Assembly: GCA_964634915.1 (NCBI GenBank)
Contig: CAZWLT010000001.1
Location: 27,070-60,030 of the forward strand
Source: an uncultured Clostridium sp.
GTDB lineage: Bacteria; Bacillota; Clostridia; UBA1381
Direction: 5' to 3'
Length of the DNA stretch: 32,961 nt
Shown one piece after another: positions 9,441 through 15,526 of this stretch. A program made the position numbers and the translations under genes. The first letter of the stretch is position 1. Every line of letters starts with the position of its first letter. The notes beneath the pieces are model-generated. The model was not told the DNA's origin and did no database searches. It saw only the letters and a list, made by a program, of their open reading frames with translations.

Positions 9441-10622
9441 TTAATATTCTATCTTTATATCTGAAACAGCAATATTATTTTCTCTTGCAATTTTTTCGAG
9501 ATCATCATGCTCTGCCTTTATCTTCGTGACACCCCAGCCGCTTGACTTTTTAACACGCACATCGCCATAGGATGTATGCGCTGTTTTGTATGTCCTTGAA
9601 AGTGTGTAGCGATTTGAAATGTATTCACGCACACCAATCGTTGAGGTATGTTTTAATATAATATTGAGCATCTCATCCTTTTTATCCGCGCGGCACATAC
9701 AGGTCAGCATAATTCCGGGGCGGTTTTTCTTCATATAAACAGGACTGGTAAACACATCAAGCGCGCCGGCTTCAAATAACAGATTAACCGCAAATCCGAC
9801 TGCCTCGCCTGTCATGTCATCCACATTACAGCAAAGCTCCGTGACAGTATCCGCCATATCCTGTATTTCACCTATCATCACCCTTACGCAGTTCGCTGTG
9901 TCAAAATCCTTATTGCCCATGCCATAGCCTGTTTTTAAAATCCTCATAACAGGCATTGCGCCGAATTCCATTGCAAAATGCTTGATTAGCGCCGCGCCTG
10001 TCGGAGTACATAATTCACTCTTTATCTCATTTGAATAAACAGGCACACCTCTGAGAATATATGCGGTTGCCGGCGCGGGGACAGGTAAAATTCCGTGCGC
10101 GCATTTTACAGTGCCGCTGCCTGTGTTTACAGGTGACGCGATTATTTTGTCCGCTCCTATTTCCTCAAACAGCATACACACTCCCACAACGTCCGCAACG
10201 GCATCCATTGTTCCAACCTCATGGAAATGTATCTCGCTTATTTCGCATCCGTGAGCATGACCTTCGGCATCCGCAATCAGTCTGTATACACTTACCGCAT
10301 TTTTCTTTACATTATCTGAAACGTCAAGGTGTCCTATGATATGCTCTATTTCGCGCAGTCCCGTGTGGCAGTGACGCTCATGACCGCGGCGGTGATGTTC
10401 ATGGTTATGCTCACCCTCAGCCTCACCGTTCACGCTTACCTCGATATGTGTTCCCGTAATACCGCACTTAACCGATTTTGTCTTATAAAATTTTACTCCC
10501 GGTATATTCAATTTATTAAGTCTGTCCACAAAACTGTCGCTATCCGGCAGCAGCTCAAGCAACGCTGACATAAGCATATCACCCGACGCGCCCATATTAC
10601 ATTCTATATAAAGTGTTTTCAT
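9441..10622 (-). CDS. larC: Nickel-pincer cofactor nickel insertase LarC
   Basis: GASGDM, His-rich segment, IHFHEVGTMDA, CAHGILPVPAPAT, ELCTPTGAA, CNVDDMTGE, MKKNRPG; single uninterrupted ORF. Confidence 0.93.
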   Translation of the reverse strand: MKTLYIECNMGASGDMLMSALLELLPDSDSFVDRLNKLNIPGVKFYKTKSVKCGITGTHIEVSVNGEAEGEHNHEHHRRGHERHCHTGLREIEHIIGHLDVSDNVKKNAVSVYRLIADAEGHAHGCEISEIHFHEVGTMDAVADVVGVCMLFEEIGADKIIASPVNTGSGTVKCAHGILPVPAPATAYILRGVPVYSNEIKSELCTPTGAALIKHFAMEFGAMPVMRILKTGYGMGNKDFDTANCVRVMIGEIQDMADTVTELCCNVDDMTGEAVGFAVNLLFEAGALDVFTSPVYMKKNRPGIMLTCMCRADKKDEMLNIILKHTSTIGVREYISNRYTLSRTYKTAHTSYGDVRVKKSSGWGVTKIKAEHDDLEKIARENNIAVSDIKIEY

Positions 10623-10631
10623 TTTTCTACC

Positions 10632-11378
10632 TCATAATTTATTTATCATACTTGCAATATATCCCGCTCCGAATCCGTTGTCTATATTCACAACACTGAC
10701 ACCGCTTGCGCAGGAATTGAGCATTGAAAGAAGCGCCGAAAGTCCGCTAAATGACGCGCCATAGCCAACACTTGTCGGAACAGCTATAACCGGACAATCC
10801 GCCAAACCGCCGATTACGCTTGCGAGCGCGCCCTCCATGCCGGCAATCGCAATAATCACTCTTGCTTTCATTATATCCTCCGAATGCGCCAGAAGCCGGT
10901 GTATTCCGGCAACGCCAACATCATACAGTCTGGTCACCTTGTTGCCAAAAGCCATAGCAGTAAGCGCCGCCTCCTCTGCCACGGGAATATCGCTTGTACC
11001 TCCTGTCGCGATAACAATGCTTGTTTCTGTTTTTGCCTCGGGCATTTCGCCCGCAACGCCAACACGCGCAGCTTCATAATACGTAAGCGGCACTGTCTTT
11101 TTGACCTCCTGTGCCTTTTCGCTGCTCATACGCGTTATAAGTACGGTTTTCTGCCCCGCGTCAAGTAATTTTGCAGTAATCTGAGCAATCTGAAAAACCG
11201 TTTTGCCCTCACCGTAAATAACCTCCGCCACGCCTTGCCTTACAGCCCTGTGGTGATCAAGCTTGGCATAGCCAATATCCTCGAACGGCATATTGCGAAA
11301 TTTCAGCATCGCGTCATCTACAGATATCTTTCCCTGTGCAACACTTTTTAAAAGGTTCTCCAATTCCTTCTGTTCCAT
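10632..11378 (-). CDS. larB: Nickel-pincer cofactor biosynthesis protein LarB (PurE-like)
   Basis: DHHRAVRQGVAEVIYGEGK, GTSDIPVAEEA, DVGVAGIHRL, AGMEGAL, VPTSVGYG, VNIDNGFGA; ATG 11378 follows GAGGTG. Confidence 0.95.
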   Translation of the reverse strand: MEQKELENLLKSVAQGKISVDDAMLKFRNMPFEDIGYAKLDHHRAVRQGVAEVIYGEGKTVFQIAQITAKLLDAGQKTVLITRMSSEKAQEVKKTVPLTYYEAARVGVAGEMPEAKTETSIVIATGGTSDIPVAEEAALTAMAFGNKVTRLYDVGVAGIHRLLAHSEDIMKARVIIAIAGMEGALASVIGGLADCPVIAVPTSVGYGASFSGLSALLSMLNSCASGVSVVNIDNGFGAGYIASMINKL

Positions 11379-11408
11379 GCTCACACCTCATTTATATCAT
11401 ATATCAAT

Positions 11409-11436
11409 ATTATACCACAATTCGCCAATATGTAAA
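11409..11436 (-). promoter_or_regulatory. SigmaA promoter of larBC
   Basis: Minus strand TTTACA-N16-TATAAT with TG extension. Confidence 0.6.
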
Positions 11437-11491
11437 GCGAAAAAAATCAGGCTTATAATACTTCATATACGCTTTTTGCTTAAACAATGAC

Positions 11492-11520
11492 TTGCTTATT
11501 TGCATTTGAAATGTTATAAT
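11492..11520 (+). promoter_or_regulatory. SigmaA promoter of the nim-like gene leader
   Basis: TTGCTT-N17-TATAAT with TG extension. Confidence 0.7.
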
Positions 11521-11526
11521 CAAAAA

Positions 11527-11700
11527 AAGGGGATGATAACGTGAAAAATCACGTTATATAATTTAATTGCCCGTGCGAATTTTTCGCCAAAGGCGAAAAC
11601 GCACATGGGCATAATCTCCATTTAACGCCTTATCTGCCCACAGTAAGACGCTAAATATTTTTCATTACTATTTGCGGGCAGAAAGGCTATGGGGATTTTT
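11527..11700 (+). promoter_or_regulatory. Structured 5' leader, putative attenuator with 6-codon uORF (11541-11561, MKNHVI)
   Basis: AAGGGGA RBS then GTG uORF; hairpins at 11536-11557, 11568-11611 and 11613-11697, the last pairing over the downstream RBS and running into a T-tract. Confidence 0.6.
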
Positions 11701-12213
11701 ATGTTCAGAGAAATGCGGCGAAAGAATCAGCGGCTTACAGATAAAGAATGTATGGAAATACTTAGAAACGGCAAAGACGGCGTGCTGTCGGTACAAGGAG
11801 ATGACGGCTATCCGTACGGCGTACCGATGAATTATTATTATGATAACGAAAAAATATATTTTCACTGCGCAAAAAGCGGACATAAATATGACGCGATAAA
11901 GAATAATGACAAGGTATCTTTCTGTGTTGCGGACAAGCGTAAAATCCTGCCGGAAATATATGCGACACATTATACAAGCGTAATTGTATTCGGCAGAGCG
12001 CGTATTATGGACAATCCGACCGAAATGCGGAAAAAGGTTATGGCTCTGGCGGCTAAATATTGCCCTGATGATGACGAAGGTATAGAGGAAGAAACAAACC
12101 GCGAATTTCCATCGCTTGCAATGATTGAAATAACAATTGAACATATGACAGGTAAAATGTCAAAGGATATTATGCTTGCGTCAAAACCGGCTTCAGTTGT
12201 AACCAATGGATAG
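11701..12213 (+). CDS. Pyridoxamine 5'-phosphate oxidase family / NimA-like flavin-binding protein
   Basis: MFREMRR start, GVLS..DDGYPYGVPMNY, IYFHCAKSGHK, VSFCV, YTSVIVFG, IEHMTGK. Confidence 0.88.
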   Translation: MFREMRRKNQRLTDKECMEILRNGKDGVLSVQGDDGYPYGVPMNYYYDNEKIYFHCAKSGHKYDAIKNNDKVSFCVADKRKILPEIYATHYTSVIVFGRARIMDNPTEMRKKVMALAAKYCPDDDEGIEEETNREFPSLAMIEITIEHMTGKMSKDIMLASKPASVVTNG

Positions 12214-12266
12214 GTTACAATCCTCCGCTGAAACGTTGAATGGGCGGGGCAAAGCCCCTTATTGAA
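12214..12266 (+). repeat. Dispersed structured repeat, copy 1
   Basis: GTTACAATCCTCCGCTGAAACGTTGAATGGGCGGGGCAAAGCCCCTTATTGAA; near-identical inverted copy at 32908-32959. Confidence 0.85.
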
Positions 12267-12291
12267 GCTATATTCTGTCGGACATATATTA

Positions 12292-12323
12292 TAAAAACGC
12301 ATGACACATAAAATCATGCGTTT
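12292..12323. terminator. Intrinsic terminator ending the eutS-eutP-like transcript, possibly bidirectional
   Basis: AAACGCATGA-N9-TCATGCGTTT inverted repeat overlapping the stop codon; T-run follows on the minus strand. Confidence 0.7.
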
Positions 12324-12781
12324 GCATTATCTTCTTCCCACGGCATAACATCGCCGTCCTCGCGCAGATATTCGAGTATCTGCCATACTCCCTCGCCCGT
12401 TTTCGAGTCAACTTTGAAAACAGTTTCACAACCTGCAAGGCGAAGCCATCTCTCTGCTCTGTCCGGATCTGCGCCGTAACTGTTTATCTGTGTGACAATA
12501 CCGATAACGGGTCTGTTGCATATCGGTGTTACACAAGGCGAATACAGCGAATACGGTTCTCTCGCGCTCAATAACATTCCGATAACATCAGCTTCAAATG
12601 CGTACATTGCGATTGCGTTGCCAAGCTCCTTTGTCTGTATGTACTCACCGGGAGTATCAATAATCACATCAAAACGATTTACATACTGCGTCTTATGATA
12701 ATGTATATTTTCACCCTTAAGCGCCTGAGTCAGTGTTGTTTTTCCGCACTCGCTTCTGCCTATAAGTATTATCTTCTTCAT
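12314..12781 (-). CDS. EutP/PduV family small P-loop GTPase-like protein
   Basis: MKKIILIGRSECGKTTLTQAL (G1), YHKTQ, IDTPGEY (G3), VIGIVTQIN (variant G4); ATGA overlap with the upstream shell-protein gene. Confidence 0.9.
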   Translation of the reverse strand: MKKIILIGRSECGKTTLTQALKGENIHYHKTQYVNRFDVIIDTPGEYIQTKELGNAIAMYAFEADVIGMLLSAREPYSLYSPCVTPICNRPVIGIVTQINSYGADPDRAERWLRLAGCETVFKVDSKTGEGVWQILEYLREDGDVMPWEEDNANA

Positions 12782-13155
12782 GTCTTTGTTATCTCGCATA
12801 CGGTGAATTTAAGCGTTCTTTCCGCATAGTCCATAATGGAACGCAATGATGTTTCAACATCTGCCACCATACCTGTGATTATAAGCGTACCGCTGAAACG
12901 GTCAACAAAGCTCAAATCCACATTGGACGTCTTTGTGGCAATATCCGCCGCAATTATCGCGGTTTCAGCCGGACTCATTGTAAGTATGCCTATCGCGCTT
13001 TTTCCGAAATCAATCTCCGGATTAAGTCCCAGCTTTGTATATAAAATCGGATCGGGACTTGCGATAACGTGGGCAAGAGTAATCTGTTTACCGGGCACAA
13101 GCTCCTGAATTATTCTTAATTTGTCGTCTGTTGATAAAATGTCCTTTAATTCCAT
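12778..13155 (-). CDS. EutS/PduU family circularly permuted BMC shell protein
   Basis: RIIQELVPGKQITLAHVIASPD, AIGILTMSPAETAIIAADIATK, FVDRFSGTLIITG, FTVCEITKT. Confidence 0.92.
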   Translation of the reverse strand: MELKDILSTDDKLRIIQELVPGKQITLAHVIASPDPILYTKLGLNPEIDFGKSAIGILTMSPAETAIIAADIATKTSNVDLSFVDRFSGTLIITGMVADVETSLRSIMDYAERTLKFTVCEITKT

Positions 13156-13190
13156 TTTCAAATCTTCCTTTCGACATCAGCCATACATTA

Positions 13191-13220
13191 ATTATATCAC
13201 ATTTTTCACAGAATTTCCAT
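13191..13220 (-). promoter_or_regulatory. Putative sigmaA promoter for the shell-protein/GTPase pair
   Basis: Minus strand TGTGATATAAT extended -10 (TATAAT at 13191-13196); -35 is weak. Confidence 0.55.
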
Positions 13221-13226
13221 ACATTT

Positions 13227-13682
13227 TTAAAAAAATGTCCAGAAGCCCAAAAATCCAAGTATGAAGCTGTCTATCACAAGCTGAAGCACAAACAAAATCG
13301 GTATTCCCACGGAGAATTTCTTTTTAAGCGTTTTATGGCGAAATACATTCATACCTATAATTCCGCCGATTGCGCCGCCAAAAAAACACACTTTCATAAT
13401 CTTGCTTTCCTTTATGCGTCGCTGCTTTCTTTTCGCGCTTGCCTTATCCGCGCCGAACAGGTATAATGACCATATATTCATAACAAGCAGGAATATTGCA
13501 ACACCAAAAAACATATATCTGTTCGCCGTATCATTGCCAAACAGCTTGATTGCCGTCGGAATCGGCAGCTTTGAAAACCATTCGCATATTACCTGCCACA
13601 ACCATTTTGCCCAATCGCCAATCGCGGCTGCCGCTATATAACAATATTGTCCTATGGTTTGTAAAATTTCGTGTATATCCAT
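13227..13682 (-). CDS. DUF1294 (YsdA-like) membrane protein with N-terminal extension
   Basis: LFGADKASAKRKQRRIKES..FFGGAIGGIIGMNVFRHKTLKKKF signature; TAATG overlap with the upstream gene. Confidence 0.85.
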   Translation of the reverse strand: MDIHEILQTIGQYCYIAAAAIGDWAKWLWQVICEWFSKLPIPTAIKLFGNDTANRYMFFGVAIFLLVMNIWSLYLFGADKASAKRKQRRIKESKIMKVCFFGGAIGGIIGMNVFRHKTLKKKFSVGIPILFVLQLVIDSFILGFLGFWTFF

Positions 13683-14659
13683 TAAATCCTCCTGATTAAA
13701 TTCTTATCGGTAATTTTCATAATCAAATTGCAAATGCCGTCCCTGTTATTTACTGCCGCCAACTTAAAAAGTTTGTCCGTTTCACGGTAAAGTCCGTCTA
13801 TACTGCTGCCCTCGGCGCAAAGTATCTTATCGAATTTTGTTTTCCTCAAATTCTCAAAATCATAAAACAGCTTTTCCTCCAGCTTGTCCCCTTTTCTCAA
13901 GCCTGTAAATGTTATGGGAATGTTTTTGCCTGATTTCCGTATCATGTCTTTCGCAAGCTCAAGTATTTTTACACTTTCACCCATATCAAGCACAAAAACT
14001 TCTCCGCCCTGTGCTATTTCAAGGGATTGCAACACAAGATAGGCAGCCTCATCAATTGTCATAAAATATCTTGTGACATTCTTGTCCGTGACAGTTACAT
14101 TGCCGCGTTCTATCTGCTTTTTAAACAGCGGTATAACCGAACCGTTTGAACCTATAACATTACCAAAACGAACTGTGTAAAATACGGTATTTGCTGTTTT
14201 GGATTTTTCATAAACAAGCATTTCGCATACCCTCTTGCTTGCTCCCATTATGCTTATCGGTTCAACCGCCTTATCCGTTGAAATAAGCGCGAACTTACTG
14301 ACGCCGTGTTTTTCTGCAAGATTTATCATTATATTTGTGCCGGCTATGTTATTCTTCACGGCCTCCTCCGGATTATTCTCCATGAAAGGCACGTGCTTAT
14401 GTGCCGCCGCATGAAATACAATATCGGGTCTATACTGCGACATGATAAAGTCCATCTTGTTATAATCGCGTACAGACGCGATTTCCACACAAGTATTATC
14501 CGTCTCGTTCATCACATCATACGCGCCGTTTTCATATATGTCCACAATAACAGTTTTCTTTGCGCCAAGACATGAAAGCTGACGTACAAGCTCGCTTCCT
14601 ATTGAGCCGCCGCCGCCCGTGACCATACATATCTTTCCTGAAACAAAAGAATTACCCAT
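13682..14659 (-). CDS. CapD/PglF-type nucleotide-sugar 4,6-dehydratase, catalytic domain only
   Basis: VTGGGGSIGSEL, HAAAHKHVP, ISTDKAV, MGASKR, VRFGNVIGSNGSVIPLF, TRYFMTI, VLDMG; no N-terminal TM region. Confidence 0.88.
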   Translation of the reverse strand: MGNSFVSGKICMVTGGGGSIGSELVRQLSCLGAKKTVIVDIYENGAYDVMNETDNTCVEIASVRDYNKMDFIMSQYRPDIVFHAAAHKHVPFMENNPEEAVKNNIAGTNIMINLAEKHGVSKFALISTDKAVEPISIMGASKRVCEMLVYEKSKTANTVFYTVRFGNVIGSNGSVIPLFKKQIERGNVTVTDKNVTRYFMTIDEAAYLVLQSLEIAQGGEVFVLDMGESVKILELAKDMIRKSGKNIPITFTGLRKGDKLEEKLFYDFENLRKTKFDKILCAEGSSIDGLYRETDKLFKLAAVNNRDGICNLIMKITDKNLIRRI

Positions 14660-14675
14660 AACATTACCCTCTCAT

Positions 14676-14705
14676 AAAGAAGGCTGCCGACAAAGTCCGA
14701 CAGCC
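14676..14705 (-). terminator. Possible weak intrinsic terminator
   Basis: Minus strand GGCTGTCG-N8-CGGCAGCC followed by TTCTTT. Confidence 0.5.
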
Positions 14706-14716
14706 CTGAATAAAAA

Positions 14717-15502
14717 TTAATCTTCTTTAAATGGGAAAATATCTCCAAGAATTTCTTTTGCCTTTGATTTGACGCTTTCACCGCGGTTTATTTTTATTTC
14801 CTTTGTCGCGCCAAGATCCTCCGCGTCATTTTCAGCCTCGGAAAGTATTTCCTCGGTTCTTTCGCGTTTAGGCTGATAATTCTTTCTGTTTATTCTCTTT
14901 ACATCGTCAAATTCATCGTCAAGCTCTTCACGAACAGCCGATCTCACTCTCGCGCGTTCCGTCTTTGGCTTTGACTGCGCTTCTTCCCATTTTCTGAAAC
15001 GTTCTTCTTCCTCGGCGCTTACTTCTCTTAAAACAGGTGACTTTGCCTGCGGTTTTATACCTTCATTATCCATAGCAAGACTTTCATTCAGATTTTTAAT
15101 ATCAATATCCTGCTCTGCAAAACCACCGATACTGTTTACAAATTTATTCTCAATATCACGTCTTAAAGCTCTGATTTCACCTGTGACATGATTATCCTTC
15201 CTTGCAAGGCGATAAAATCTGTTGCCTATCCAAAAGCTCAATACACCGTTGAGCACAATAGTGAAAATAAACCAAAATGCCGCGCCGCCCTTTGTAAGGT
15301 ATTTATCATTAGTCAGTTCAGTATCTGTTGCCTGTGCGACATTATTTGTCACAGGCGACTCCTCTTGAGTTTGTGTTGTCTGCTCAGCCGCCTGCTGATC
15401 ATTGTCAGCCGGCTGAGGAGTTGCCGCAAGAACAAGCGGCGAAGCTGAAATTGCCACAATACCCGCAGCCATTATTACCATCAATTTCTTTTTCAAGTTC
15501 AT
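14717..15502 (-). CDS. Hypothetical single-pass membrane protein
   Basis: Sec-like signal peptide, short Q/T-rich segment, TM helix GAAFWFIFTIVLNGVLSFWIG, highly charged tail; AAGGAG RBS best spaced for ATG 15502. Confidence 0.75.
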   Translation of the reverse strand: MNLKKKLMVIMAAGIVAISASPLVLAATPQPADNDQQAAEQTTQTQEESPVTNNVAQATDTELTNDKYLTKGGAAFWFIFTIVLNGVLSFWIGNRFYRLARKDNHVTGEIRALRRDIENKFVNSIGGFAEQDIDIKNLNESLAMDNEGIKPQAKSPVLREVSAEEEERFRKWEEAQSKPKTERARVRSAVREELDDEFDDVKRINRKNYQPKRERTEEILSEAENDAEDLGATKEIKINRGESVKSKAKEILGDIFPFKED

Positions 15503-15526
15503 TTTCATCTCTCCTTCAACTATATC

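Noticed and set aside
9441-10622. Programmed frameshift in larC
   Set aside because: The ORF is continuous and contains both LarC1 and LarC2 motifs.
11536-11557. Rex or CRP/FNR box
   Set aside because: Those have TGTGA-N6-TCACA-type geometry; here it is CGTGA-N4-TCACG.
11527-11700. T-box or known metabolite riboswitch
   Set aside because: No AAGGTGGTACC-like T-box motif and no recognisable FMN, TPP, SAM or B12 consensus.
11701-12213. Calling the gene a proven nim resistance determinant
   Set aside because: Family motifs are shared with many pyridoxamine-phosphate-oxidase-like proteins; resistance cannot be inferred from sequence alone.
12234-12268. CRISPR-like repeat (GTTGAAT...hairpin...ATTGAAGC)
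   Set aside because: Only two copies 20 kb apart and inverted, no spacer periodicity, no cas genes; copy 2 ends ATTGAATC.
12314-13155. Ethanolamine or propanediol utilisation locus
   Set aside because: No eutBC, pduCDE, aldehyde dehydrogenase, major shell or vertex genes in the window.
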